From NCBI GenBank assembly GCA_900320255.1, contig ONRS01000027.1, forward strand, positions 922-64,921: a DNA stretch of 64,000 nucleotides. Reading direction: 5' to 3'. The position numbers and the translations under genes are program-made. The notes below the pieces were generated by a model. It searched no databases. It was given only the letters and a program-made list of their open reading frames with translations, and had not been told where the DNA came from. This stretch comes from an uncultured Prevotellaceae bacterium. GTDB lineage: Bacteria > Bacteroidota > Bacteroidia > Bacteroidales > Bacteroidaceae. Positions 20,077-29,923 of this stretch are shown here, one piece after another. Position 1 is the first letter of the stretch; every line of letters starts with the position of its first letter.

Positions 20077-22821
20077 ATGAACTATAAAAGCATTGTCGTC
20101 GGTTGTTTGTTGGCAGCAGTCAGTGTTCCTTCTGCAGCCCAGGACCACCGGCTTTGGTATAGTAGGCCTGCCACTCAGTGGGTAGAGGCACTGCCCATAG
20201 GCAATTCTCATTTGGGAGCAATGGTCTATGGTGGTACTGATGTAGAGGAACTGAAGCTCAACGAGGAGACCTTCTGGAGCGGTTCACCCCATAACAACAA
20301 CTCTACTGAGTCGTTGCAGTACCTGCCTCAGGTGCGGCAACTCATCTTTGAGGGTAGGGAAGAGGAGGCTCAGCAGTTGATAGACCAGCACTTCATTAAA
20401 GGGCCGCACGGCATGCGTTTCCTGCCTCTATGCAGTGTCCGTTTGCAACTGGGCCACACTCATGTCGCTGATTACCGTCGCGAGCTCAGTCTTGGCGATG
20501 CTCTGGCCACAACGCGTTATACGTGTGATGGCGTAGCTTACGAGCGCACAGCATTCGCCTCGCTGGCAGACCCTGTCATCATTGTTCGTCTCAAGGCCGA
20601 CAAGCCTGGTGCCCTTTCTTTTAAAGTGGGACTTGAGGGAGAAAGGTCAAAGGTCAAAGGTCGAGGTACGAGGTACGAGGTACGAGGTACGAGGTGCGAA
20701 GGTCAAAGGTCGAGGTACGAGGTACGAGGTGCGAGGTGCGAAGACACGCTCAACACTCCACGCTCAACGCTCAACACTCCACCCTCAACGCTCAACGCTC
20801 CACTCTTAACACTCCACCCTCCACTCACCCTCACCGTTCAGGGAGCGGAGCATGAGGGTGTGAAGGCCGGACTGACCGCAGAATGTCGGTTAGAGGTGGA
20901 GACCGACGGCGAAGTGCAGCAGGGTGACAGCGTGCTCTGCATAGCCCATGCTACCACTGCTACACTTTATATAGCGGCGGCTACCAACTTCGTGAACTAC
21001 CACGACATTAGCGGGAATCCCACTGAAAAGAACGAGAAGGCGTTCGCGCAGTTACGGGGCAGGACTTACGACCAGTTGCTGGAAGCGCATCTCTCAAAAT
21101 ACCACGAGCAGTATAACCGTGTGGTCTTCTGCTTGCCAAAGTCTGCAGAGTCAGCACTTGAGACGGATCAGCGGATAGAGGCGTTTGGACAAAGGTCTAA
21201 GGGCGAAGGTCAAAGGTCGAGGTACGAGGTACGAGGTACGAGGTGCGAGGTACGAGGTACGAGGTGCGAAGACACGCTCAACGCTCAACACTCCACGCTC
21301 AACCCTCAACCCTCCACGCTCAACCCTCAACCCTCCACGCTCCACGCTCAACCCCCAATAGACCTTGACCTGGTATCGCTGATGATGCAGTATGGCCGTT
21401 ATCTGCTCATTTCGTCATCACAACCGGGTGGTCAGCCTGCCAATCTGCAAGGTGTGTGGAACGACAAGGAGTTTGCCCCCTGGGACTCAAAATACACCAT
21501 AAACATCAATGCCGAAATGAATTATTGGCCGGCACTGGTGGCTAATCTTGCAGAGACCCAGCAACCGCTGTTCGATATGATTGAAGACCTGAGTGTGACA
21601 GGAGCCGTTACTGCCCGGCAAATGTATGGGTGTGGTGGTTGGATGGCTCATCACAATACAGACCTGTGGCGCATTGCCGGGCCAGTTGATGGTGCTCCGT
21701 GGGGCATGTTCCCAACGGGTGGAGCCTGGCTTACTACTCATCTTTGGCAGCACTTCCTCTTTACGGGTGACAAGCAGTTCCTGGCTAAGTATTTCCCCAT
21801 CATGAAAGGGGCGGCAGACTTCCTGGTTGACTATATGCAGAAAGACCCGAAGACGGGCTGGCTCGTCACCGTGCCTACCGTGTCGCCCGAACATGGACCG
21901 AAGGGGAAACGGACACCTGTGACAGCAGGTACAACGATGGATGCCCAGATAGCCCGTGACGTGCTTTCTAATACCATTAAGGCTGCCAGCGTGCTAATAG
22001 ATAATGGTCAAAGGTCAAAGGTCAAAGGTCAAAGGTCGAGGTACGAGGTACGAGGTTCGAGGTGCGAAGACACGCTCAACGCTCCACGCTCCACGCTCCA
22101 CGCTCAACTCTCAAACCTCAAATCAGCTTTAGAGCATCTTCCTCCGATGCAAGTGGGACAATACGGGCAATTACAGGAATGGCTCGTTGACGGTGACGAC
22201 CCGAACGATGAACACCGCCACATCTCACATCTGTATGGGTTGTACCCATCTGACCAGATTACGCCTCAGCAACCAGAGCTGTTTGCTGCTGCCGCCACTA
22301 CGCTGAAGCAGCGTGGTGACATGGCAACGGGCTGGAGCCTCGGGTGGAAGATTAATTTCTGGGCACGCATGCAAGACGGTAATCATGCCTTCCGCATCAT
22401 TCAGAACATGCTGCATCTGCTGCCCAGTGACGACAAAATGCAGCAGTACCCTGACGGACGAACTTATCCGAATCTTTTCGATGCTCATCCGCCTTTCCAG
22501 ATTGACGGGAACTTCGGCTTTACGGCGGGCGTGTGCGAGATGCTGCTGCAGTCAGCATACGATCCTCTCTCTGACAGCGGTGCTTTCATCCATCTGCTTC
22601 CTGCCCTGCCTGATGCCTGGAGTGAGGGTGAGGTGAAAGGCCTGCGTGCCCGTGGCGGCTTTACTGTCGATATAGCATGGAGTAATGGGAAACTGAAGAA
22701 GGCCGTTATACGCTCTGCCTTAGGCGGATTGCTCCGTCTGGGCTCTTCAGTACCCCTGCAAAAAAACGAGCTCCAGACAGAGCCTGGAGCTACGTATGTG
22801 GTTTTACCAATTGAGAATTAA
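20077..22821 (+). CDS. Glycoside hydrolase family 95 (alpha-L-fucosidase/L-galactosidase) with three repeat-derived insertions
   Basis: ALPIGNSHLGAM, LNEETFWSG, YGRYLLISSS, PANLQGVW, YTININAEMNYW, SPEH, HRHISHLYG, HPPFQIDGNFG, GLRARGGF. Confidence 0.93.
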   Translation: MNYKSIVVGCLLAAVSVPSAAQDHRLWYSRPATQWVEALPIGNSHLGAMVYGGTDVEELKLNEETFWSGSPHNNNSTESLQYLPQVRQLIFEGREEEAQQLIDQHFIKGPHGMRFLPLCSVRLQLGHTHVADYRRELSLGDALATTRYTCDGVAYERTAFASLADPVIIVRLKADKPGALSFKVGLEGERSKVKGRGTRYEVRGTRCEGQRSRYEVRGARCEDTLNTPRSTLNTPPSTLNAPLLTLHPPLTLTVQGAEHEGVKAGLTAECRLEVETDGEVQQGDSVLCIAHATTATLYIAAATNFVNYHDISGNPTEKNEKAFAQLRGRTYDQLLEAHLSKYHEQYNRVVFCLPKSAESALETDQRIEAFGQRSKGEGQRSRYEVRGTRCEVRGTRCEDTLNAQHSTLNPQPSTLNPQPSTLHAQPPIDLDLVSLMMQYGRYLLISSSQPGGQPANLQGVWNDKEFAPWDSKYTININAEMNYWPALVANLAETQQPLFDMIEDLSVTGAVTARQMYGCGGWMAHHNTDLWRIAGPVDGAPWGMFPTGGAWLTTHLWQHFLFTGDKQFLAKYFPIMKGAADFLVDYMQKDPKTGWLVTVPTVSPEHGPKGKRTPVTAGTTMDAQIARDVLSNTIKAASVLIDNGQRSKVKGQRSRYEVRGSRCEDTLNAPRSTLHAQLSNLKSALEHLPPMQVGQYGQLQEWLVDGDDPNDEHRHISHLYGLYPSDQITPQQPELFAAAATTLKQRGDMATGWSLGWKINFWARMQDGNHAFRIIQNMLHLLPSDDKMQQYPDGRTYPNLFDAHPPFQIDGNFGFTAGVCEMLLQSAYDPLSDSGAFIHLLPALPDAWSEGEVKGLRARGGFTVDIAWSNGKLKKAVIRSALGGLLRLGSSVPLQKNELQTEPGATYVVLPIEN
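20644..20830 (+). repeat. Composite heptamer element 1 in GH95
   Basis: (AGGTCAA)n AGGTCG (AGGTACG)n AGGTGCG block twice, then AAGACA, then (CVCTCMA)n. Confidence 0.95.
21187..21357 (+). repeat. Composite heptamer element 2 in GH95
   Basis: Same block order and the same junction GAGGTGCGAAGACACGCTCAAC. Confidence 0.95.
22005..22121 (+). repeat. Composite heptamer element 3 in GH95
   Basis: Same block order and junction. Confidence 0.95.
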
Positions 22822-23433
22822 GTCAATGAACGGTTTGACTTCCGTTTGCTGGTCTTCTGGATAGACCACAGCCAGCACCGTGACATGGTCAACGGCATCT
22901 CCTCTGGTTATTTTCTTCTTTAAGTAGAAGATGCGGCCTTCAATGGTGTGACCGGAGTAGATGCCTTTGTCTTCCTGTCGGTACGTAATGTCTTCCACCT
23001 CGTCGAGAGCGGTCACGTAACATCCTTTCGCCGGGAAACTCTTGTTGTCAATGGCCCAGGAGCCAATGAGCGGCCAGTAGCAGAAATCGACCTGCTGCCA
23101 TGTGTATGATTTCACGGTGGCAGGGATGTCGGTTACCAGTTTCTCTGAGCGGCGCATGAATGTGGGGTAGCGGTAGCCGCCGTCTGCCTCCTGCCATGTG
23201 GCACTTTCAAGTAGCTCTGTTAGCGTTCCCGTACCCGTTGTCGTTCCCGTTTCCGTTTCCCCTCCCCCAAGCCGCTCGTTAAGCGCCGAGAGCAGGCCGT
23301 TGTCGTCGGTCTCTTGTCCGTTGTCCGAGAATTTCTCATATATGAAATAACCGCCTACGGAGAGAACAATGCCTATTACTAAAGCCACGACTGCTACTAC
23401 GCACCCAATGGCAAACTTTCCTTTACTGTCCAT
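22804..23433 (-). CDS. Hypothetical single-pass membrane protein
   Basis: N-terminal TM; upstream CAAAGGTA (-7 box on the minus strand); linker ETETGTTTGTGT comes from CGTTNN-type hexamers at 23224-23259; 3' end overlaps GH95 convergently. Confidence 0.7.
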   Translation of the reverse strand: MDSKGKFAIGCVVAVVALVIGIVLSVGGYFIYEKFSDNGQETDDNGLLSALNERLGGGETETGTTTGTGTLTELLESATWQEADGGYRYPTFMRRSEKLVTDIPATVKSYTWQQVDFCYWPLIGSWAIDNKSFPAKGCYVTALDEVEDITYRQEDKGIYSGHTIEGRIFYLKKKITRGDAVDHVTVLAVVYPEDQQTEVKPFIDLILNW

Positions 23434-23751
23434 AGTTGTTTCTTTTAAGTTTTATAGTTTCCGCCTGCAAAGGTAAACATTTTTTTTTATATTCTATGCC
23501 CATAGAGATAAAAATGTGAACAAAATGTTACTGAAAGTCAGAAATAATAATTGTCGAACAATGTAAAGACACTAAAAAATCGAAATATCGGGTTAGGTTC
23601 AACCGCTTTTAACTTAGCTTTCTCCAGTCAAGAAGTTCTTTGCAAGCAAAGCGATAAGATGAGGAAGTGAAGTGAAAAAGCAAGGAAAATCCAACCGTTT
23701 TGCAAGGGCTTTCCCTGGTCTTCTGTGTGCTTTTTTATCTTGTTGGACGAT

Positions 23752-23886
23752 AGATTGTTATAAGTTTTCCCGAGATTGTTATATATTTTTCCCGAGATTC
23801 TTATGTATTTTTCCCGGATTGTAGGTGAGAATCTCGGGAAAAAGTAACTTAAATCTCGGGAAAAAGTTATAACAATCTCGGGAAAA
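23752..23886. repeat. Head-to-head arrays of about 22-bp units
   Basis: AGATT..TTTTCCCG x3 followed by the inverted ATCTCGGGAAAA x3. Confidence 0.85.
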
Positions 23887-24115
23887 CAATATACGATTCA
23901 TGCGCGAACTGGGTATAAAAGTTCGCTGAAGCTGGTAGGAAACCGCCTTGATTGATGTAAAAAAGCATGGAATTGTAAGGACAAAACAGCAGAAAAACAG
24001 CGTGTAGGCGTATTGCCGGCACTCGACTTTTGGTCGCTTTGCCGACAAAGAACTCCTGTAACACCTGATTACCTATAACTTTCGAATAGTTGCCCCTTTG
24101 ATTTTTGTCCCCTTC

Positions 24116-27100
24116 TCACCTGTCCCCGTGTTCCTTCATGTAATCGCGTGGTGACAGTCCGTAGAAGCGTTTGAAGATGGTGGAGAACGAGGCAGAGTTG
24201 TTAAATCCGCAGGCATACATGACCTCGGCTATGTTCATGTTGTTGTTGGCCAACAAGTGTGCGGCACGCTTCAGTCGGATGTTGCGAATGAAGTCATGCG
24301 GGGTCTGCCCGGTCAGTTCCTTCATCTTGCGGTGCAGGTGTACTCGGCTGATGCCCACCTCTTCGGCTATGCTGTCAACGCTGAGGTCGGAGTTAGAGAT
24401 GTTTTTGTTGATGACCACCATCACACGCTCCAACAGCTTGTCGTCAGGCGATTTCATGTCAATCCGCTCCACTTTCTCCTCCAGCAGGTCATTGCGGCTG
24501 TACTTCAGCCTGAGCATGCGGTGGGTATTGATAAGGTTGAGGATGGTTCGCCGCAGAATGTCCATGTTAAACGGCTTCATGATGTAGGCATCAGCACCGG
24601 TCTCCAGACCCTCCAGCTGGTCTTCATCGCGGCTCTTGGCCGTCAGCAGTACCACGGGAATGTGGCTGGTGGTAGGACTCGACTTGATTTTCGAGCAGAG
24701 CGTGTTGCCGTCCATTTCTGGCATCATGATGTCGGAGATGACCAAGTCAGGCAGTGAGCGCAGCACTTCTGCCAGTCCCTCGCGTCCGTTGGTGCAGGTG
24801 GCCACGTCGTAGTCACCCTGCAGTTCGTCGGCCAGAAAGTCACGAATCTCTGAGTCGTCTTCAACAATGACTATTCGCTGACGCTTGCTGGGAGAAGCCT
24901 CCCCCAGTGGGGGGAGGTTGGAGGGGGCTGCTTCCAGTGGGGGGAGGTTGGAGGGGGCTGTTGCTCCTTCCGCTATCTCGCTTTCCTTTAGGTGTTCCTT
25001 ACCGAGCGGAATGGTTACCACGAACTCACAGCCGTGACCGTCGGCGTTATTGTGGGCCTGAATGGTGCCGTGGTGCAGCTCTACCAGCGAACGGGTAAGG
25101 TCGAGCCCGATGCCTGTACCTACATTACGGTCGTTGACAGATGTGGCCGACTGGTAGAAACGCTCAAAGATACGGTCCAGCTTATCCTCGGGAATGGTCT
25201 CTCCGTTGTCATATATGGCAATGCGGACCTGTTGGTCGTCGTGAGTGAGCAGAATGCGTATAATACCGCCCGGAGGTGTGAATTTGAAGGCATTGGAAAG
25301 AATGTTGACAATGACCTTGTCGAAGTTGCCGCGGTCAATCCAGACGGGCAGCTCCTTGGCATCGTGTTCGTATGCAAACTGAATGTTCTTGACGCGGGCC
25401 TGCTGTTCGAAGAGCGTATGTATGTCGCCCACAAAGCCGATGATGTCAGTCTCACACATGCGCATCTGCATCTGTCCCTTGTCAATTTTGCGCAGGTCCA
25501 TCATTTGGTTAATGAGTCCCAGTATGCGCTCAGCGTTACGGCGTATCGTCTCGTAGATACTCCGGCGCTGCGGGTCGTCGTCCTGTTTGATGAGCGAGAG
25601 CAATGGTGTGACAATCAGTGTCATAGGTGTGCGAATCTCATGGCTGATGTTCATGAAGAATCGCAGCTTGGCATCGGCCATTTCCTCTGCGTGTATGTGT
25701 TCCTGCAGGCGCAGGCGGTCTTGTTCTTTGCGGCGGCGATAGGCCAGGTAGAGCCATACGGCACCCAGCAACAGTAATACATATATAATGTATGCTACGG
25801 TGGAGCGGTACCAGGGGGCATGAATGACCACCGTGAAGCAGCGTTCGGCCGTCTGTATGCCATTGCGCTCTGCCTTGACGCAGAAATGATAGGTGCCGGG
25901 GGGCAGATGGGTCAGGGTAATCTCGTTGATGCCCGGTTGCAGTCGTGAGAAGTCTTCGCCGTTAATCCTGTACAGATAGGTAATGTGTTCAGGGTTGTCG
26001 TATGTAAGTGTCGAGAACTGTATGGCAAAGGTGTTGTCATGATGAGCCAGTTCGAAACGGTCGGCGGCAATGGCTGTGGTGTCGCAGACCTGATAACCGT
26101 CGGAATAGGTGTCGCTGTTCACGCGCTTGTTGTTAATGGCAAAGGCAACCAGCGTCACCTTTGCGTCCCATTTTGCCTGCTGAATCTCTTCAGGACGGAA
26201 ATAGGTGATGCCGCCTACGCCGCCGAAAAGCATGACCACCCTTGTGCCACGGTCAACAGCCCATGATGCTCCGTCGCTAAACTCATTTGACTGTAAGCCA
26301 TTGTCAACGAAGAAGGTGCGTGTAAGGTCAGTCTTGGGGTCATAGCAGCACAGGCCGTGGTCAGTGGAAATCCAGAGTCGGCCCTCCTTGTCCTGCTCAA
26401 TGGAGGCAATCCCGTTTTCTGAGAGAGGAGCGGAGAGTGGTTTGGGTGTTGGGTGTTGGGTGCTGGGTGTTGGGTGTTGAGCGTTGTTCTCGTTGACGTT
26501 AACGTTATCGTTGACCTCCGTCCAGTAAAGCCCGTCATTAGTGCCTATCCATAGCTTGCCGTCGTATTCTTTGACTATTCGGCAGGGGGTGCCGTAGTTC
26601 AGGCAGTTCCTGCCGAAAGCGCTGGTCCAGCTGTCCTTGTCAATATCCAGACAGCATACGCCCATGGTGGTGGCCAGATAGATGCGCTTTTCGTCGGGCG
26701 ACAACGAAATCTTCGATATATAGTCATTGGTAATACTGTTCATTTGCGGGTGGTCAGGTGCTCCCTCCTTCATGGTGTAGGCCGTTTTCACCTGCAGCGT
26801 GTTAAGGTCAATGCGCAGCAGGCCCTGTCCCATTGTCGCCACCCAGAGGTCGCCCCCGTGGGGTGCCTCTATGTCGAGGGCGTTGGTCTGCAGGTACTGT
26901 GGGAACTGGTGGTAGGCCGTGGCATTGGCGTCAATGTAGCCGAAGCCTTCTGCCCAGGAGCCCACCCAGATGCGTCCCTCGCCGTCCTCCGCAATGCTCA
27001 TTATCGATGCGGGAAACGCGTCCTTGAAGTGCCTGATGGGGTGCTGGTCGGGGTCGAGCACGTACAGCCCGTCCTTGTCGGTTCCCACCCAGCATCGTCC

Positions 27101-28165
27101 CTTGCTGTCTATCATGGTGCTGATGACGCACGCCTGTCCTATGACGTTGTTCTGACCCAGCTTATAGCCCATGTAGAAGAACCCCCTCTCCTTGCCGGGT
27201 TGCATATAGACGCCCTTTTGCAGCAATCCCAACCAAATGTTGCCGCTGCCGTCCTCCGCAATCGAGTATATTTTACTTCGGCTCAGGTCCACCTCGCTGC
27301 TGAAGTAGGGGTTGTCGGTCACGCTGCCCGTCTGGGGGTCGTAAATGGCCAGTCCCTGCCCGTCGTAGCCTATCATGACGTGTCCGTTGCGCTGACAGTA
27401 GAGAGCCGCGATGTGCTTATGGGCTGTGGCTTCAATGTGCTGGAACCCGCTGCTCCCGGCACGGCGCACATAGACGCCGTTCATCGAGGTGCCCACGTAG
27501 ATGTTGCCCGCCTGGTCCTCGCACAAGCGTCTCAGCGTACCCAGCTGTTCCGGGGCGGTAAAGTGGCTGCGCACGTGCCTGCCGTCGTATTCCAGCAGAC
27601 CCTTACGGCTGGTGGCCACCCAGACGTTCCCCCTGCGGTCTTCCAGCAGGTCCTGAACGGTGTGAATGTCTGCCAGCTGGCCGCCAGCCTGCCGGGCGTG
27701 CTGACGGTCCTGAATGGTCAGCAGACCGTGGCCCGACGTTCCCGCCAGTATCTCGCCGTTCTTTCTGACGAGGAAACAGGTCATGTAGCACGTGACCGTG
27801 TTCCCGTCCAGGTCTTTCACCTCAACGTCCTCGAAACGGCTGCCGTCGTAGGTCTGCAACGCGCCGTACATACCCACGTAGAACAAGCCGTCCTGTGCCT
27901 GGGTTATGCAGTTGACGTAATTGCTCGCCATGCCGTTCAGCTGCTGCCGGTCTTTCTTGATAATCAGCGACTGGTAGCCGTCGTACCTGTTAAGACCGTT
28001 ACGAGTGGCTATCCAGAGGAACCCGTCGCGGTCTAAAAAGAGCTGAGTGGTGAAACTACTCGACAAGAGGTTGTCGGCATTAAACAACTTACCCGTCTGG
28101 GCCCTGGCCGTTAAGGCACAGAGGACACAGAGCAGACAGATGGCACTGAGAACTTTACGTTTCAT
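24116..28165 (-). CDS. Hybrid two-component system regulator (XynR-like)
   Basis: Signal peptide, Reg_prop beta-propellers, Y_Y_Y, TM, NISHEIRTPMT, NILSNAFKFT, GTGIGL, receiver DIMMP, AraC HTH; divergent from the xylan PUL. Start ATG 28165. Confidence 0.93.
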   Translation of the reverse strand: MKRKVLSAICLLCVLCALTARAQTGKLFNADNLLSSSFTTQLFLDRDGFLWIATRNGLNRYDGYQSLIIKKDRQQLNGMASNYVNCITQAQDGLFYVGMYGALQTYDGSRFEDVEVKDLDGNTVTCYMTCFLVRKNGEILAGTSGHGLLTIQDRQHARQAGGQLADIHTVQDLLEDRRGNVWVATSRKGLLEYDGRHVRSHFTAPEQLGTLRRLCEDQAGNIYVGTSMNGVYVRRAGSSGFQHIEATAHKHIAALYCQRNGHVMIGYDGQGLAIYDPQTGSVTDNPYFSSEVDLSRSKIYSIAEDGSGNIWLGLLQKGVYMQPGKERGFFYMGYKLGQNNVIGQACVISTMIDSKGRCWVGTDKDGLYVLDPDQHPIRHFKDAFPASIMSIAEDGEGRIWVGSWAEGFGYIDANATAYHQFPQYLQTNALDIEAPHGGDLWVATMGQGLLRIDLNTLQVKTAYTMKEGAPDHPQMNSITNDYISKISLSPDEKRIYLATTMGVCCLDIDKDSWTSAFGRNCLNYGTPCRIVKEYDGKLWIGTNDGLYWTEVNDNVNVNENNAQHPTPSTQHPTPKPLSAPLSENGIASIEQDKEGRLWISTDHGLCCYDPKTDLTRTFFVDNGLQSNEFSDGASWAVDRGTRVVMLFGGVGGITYFRPEEIQQAKWDAKVTLVAFAINNKRVNSDTYSDGYQVCDTTAIAADRFELAHHDNTFAIQFSTLTYDNPEHITYLYRINGEDFSRLQPGINEITLTHLPPGTYHFCVKAERNGIQTAERCFTVVIHAPWYRSTVAYIIYVLLLLGAVWLYLAYRRRKEQDRLRLQEHIHAEEMADAKLRFFMNISHEIRTPMTLIVTPLLSLIKQDDDPQRRSIYETIRRNAERILGLINQMMDLRKIDKGQMQMRMCETDIIGFVGDIHTLFEQQARVKNIQFAYEHDAKELPVWIDRGNFDKVIVNILSNAFKFTPPGGIIRILLTHDDQQVRIAIYDNGETIPEDKLDRIFERFYQSATSVNDRNVGTGIGLDLTRSLVELHHGTIQAHNNADGHGCEFVVTIPLGKEHLKESEIAEGATAPSNLPPLEAAPSNLPPLGEASPSKRQRIVIVEDDSEIRDFLADELQGDYDVATCTNGREGLAEVLRSLPDLVISDIMMPEMDGNTLCSKIKSSPTTSHIPVVLLTAKSRDEDQLEGLETGADAYIMKPFNMDILRRTILNLINTHRMLRLKYSRNDLLEEKVERIDMKSPDDKLLERVMVVINKNISNSDLSVDSIAEEVGISRVHLHRKMKELTGQTPHDFIRNIRLKRAAHLLANNNMNIAEVMYACGFNNSASFSTIFKRFYGLSPRDYMKEHGDR
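24891..24960. repeat. Tandem REP-like palindromes in frame in the HTCS linker
   Basis: CCAGTGGGGGGAGGTTGGAGGGGGCTG twice, 30-bp period; encodes APSNLPPLEAAPSNLPPLGEASP. Confidence 0.9.
26443..26514 (-). repeat. In-frame hexamer plus heptamer repeat in the HTCS sensor domain
   Basis: TGGGTGT x5 and TGAGCGT, then CGTTGA/CGTTAA/CGTTAT on the + strand; encodes NDNVNVNENNAQHPTPSTQHPTP. Confidence 0.92.
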
Positions 28166-28229
28166 TTTTTTCGTTAGGTTACAAATAGTTTGCAAAAGTA
28201 GCACTTTTGGCCTAAACCGCCAAACAAAA

Positions 28230-28294
28230 GTTACAAATAATAAACTTTGTGTTACAACATTTTTTGTTTATATATATATAATGTTATACTTTTG
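28230..28294 (+). promoter_or_regulatory. Putative HTCS operator and promoter for GH5
   Basis: GTTACAA at 28230 and 28251 (21-bp period); TACTTTTG at 28287. Confidence 0.7.
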
Positions 28295-28460
28295 TGCCGT
28301 AATTTGTTTGTTTAGGTTAAATATAGTTAGTAGTTTTGGTATGAATAAGGGGGCAGACGTGAGTCATACCCCCCTTTTTCGCAACTCGGAACCTGCAAAC
28401 ATTCACTACTTAAAAGTATAAAAGCATTATGTAAATTTCTAAAAACTTTAAATAATAAAT

Positions 28461-29792
28461 ATGTTTACTTATTTAAATAGCAAAAAATTTTGGTGGAAGC
28501 TTTTCCTGCTCCCACTTTTGGTCATGTCCTGTGGTGACGATGATCCGGTTGATAACGTCAACGATAACGTCAACGATAACGTCAACGTCAACGACAACGT
28601 CAACGGGCCGCAAACAACAGATCCGACGGATAATCCTGAACCAGAGACAGCCGCTTTCCTCCCCCTGCATGTTGAAGGGCGCTTCCTCGTTGACTCTGAA
28701 GGCAAACGACGTAACCTTCATGGTTTTGCGCAAACCTATAGTCCTTGGTTTAACGAGCGTGGCTCCAAATGGAGTAACTATGATGTTGATGCCTGCCTTA
28801 AATATAATAAGGGGCTGATTGACGGCATTGTCGATGCCGGTTGGAAGATGACGTTCATCCGTATCCACATGGATCCGTATTGGTCGAACACGCCGGGTGT
28901 GCAGACCACGGGTGAGAATGATATTTCGGCTTTTGAGTTCAATCGTTTTAAGAAATATCTTGACGAAGTCTTTATCCCCATGGCGGAATACGCTATTTCC
29001 AAAGAGATTTATGTGGTCATGCGTCCACCCGGCGTTTGTCCTGAGAAGGTGGAAGTGGGTGGCAGTTACCATGCCTATCTGAAACGAGTGTGGAACTATG
29101 TGGCTCAGCACCCGAAGCTGAAGAATAATGGCTACGTCATGTTTGAACTGTGTAATGAGCCTGTAACCATTGCTGACGACAATGGTAATGCCCTTAACAA
29201 CTGGGATGGCCGTTACGAAGATGCCCGCGGTCGTCAGTTGACTACCTTTATGCAGGAGCTGGTTGACGTTATTCGTAACAATGGCTGTAGGAACATCCTG
29301 CTGATTCCTGGCCTGCATTATCAAATGCTTTACAAAACGTTTGCCAAGTATCCTGTTGAGGGTGAGAATATAGGCTATGCCGTACACTGCTACCCGGGTT
29401 GGTATAATAGTGGTGTAGAAAACGATGTCTCGGTGAACTATGATGACTTCAAGCGTGGCTGGGATGATCAGATAGGTCCCGTTGCAGCAACAAATCCTAT
29501 TGTGGTGACAGAGATGGACTGGGCACCCGCCAAGTATGATGCCTCATGGGGCAAGTCAACGACAGGAACGGCTGGCGGAACGGGCTTTGGTGCTAACTTT
29601 ATGCGCATCGCTGACGAAACGGGTAACGTCAGTTGGCTGATTTTTACCAGTCCAGAGTATCTGGCAAGGTATAACGATGATCTGCCTGACGGCGCAACAT
29701 TCCTGACTGATCCCGAGGCTTGTCCGCGGCCTGCCTACAGGAAATACTTGTATTATGCGTCTCAGGAATATTCAGATATTATCAATAATTAA
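28461..29792 (+). CDS. GH5 lipoprotein (probably GH5_21-type endo-xylanase)
   Basis: Lipobox VMSC; LHVEGRFLVD, IRIH, FELCNEP (acid/base), AVHCY, VVTEMDW (nucleophile). Subfamily is inferred from xylan-PUL context. Confidence 0.82.
   Translation: MFTYLNSKKFWWKLFLLPLLVMSCGDDDPVDNVNDNVNDNVNVNDNVNGPQTTDPTDNPEPETAAFLPLHVEGRFLVDSEGKRRNLHGFAQTYSPWFNERGSKWSNYDVDACLKYNKGLIDGIVDAGWKMTFIRIHMDPYWSNTPGVQTTGENDISAFEFNRFKKYLDEVFIPMAEYAISKEIYVVMRPPGVCPEKVEVGGSYHAYLKRVWNYVAQHPKLKNNGYVMFELCNEPVTIADDNGNALNNWDGRYEDARGRQLTTFMQELVDVIRNNGCRNILLIPGLHYQMLYKTFAKYPVEGENIGYAVHCYPGWYNSGVENDVSVNYDDFKRGWDDQIGPVAATNPIVVTEMDWAPAKYDASWGKSTTGTAGGTGFGANFMRIADETGNVSWLIFTSPEYLARYNDDLPDGATFLTDPEACPRPAYRKYLYYASQEYSDIINN
28551..28604 (+). 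repeat. In-frame hexamer repeat (GATAAC/GTCAAC x9)
   Basis: Encodes DNVNDNVNDNVNVNDNVN in the lipoprotein tether. Confidence 0.92.
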
Positions 29793-29797
29793 TGATT

Positions 29798-29862
29798 GTT
29801 ACAAAATGTAAAATGCGTGTTACAAATGACAAACGCCACGAAAAAGATTAAGTGTATCTTTG
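29798..29862 (+). promoter_or_regulatory. Putative HTCS operator and promoter for the susC/D operon
   Basis: GTTACAA at 29798 and 29819; TATCTTTG at 29855; geometry identical to the 28230 site. Confidence 0.72.
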
Positions 29863-29923
29863 CACCCCAAATAAAAACAACATAACAAAGTAATTACAAA
29901 ACTATGAATCAAAATCTGACGAA

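Noticed and set aside
20077-22821. GH95 as a pseudogene or intein-containing gene
   Set aside because: The frame is intact with conserved motifs, and the inserts lack intein terminal residues and splicing motifs.
23779-24064. Short ORFs in the 23.4-24.1 kb spacer
   Set aside because: Non-ATG starts, overlap with the repeat array, no recognisable features.
26744-28036. Long antisense ORFs (also 28473..29387, 46025..47062, 50892..51917, 58825..59799, 60772..61776)
   Set aside because: Shadow frames opposite well-supported genes, expected from codon bias; no motifs.
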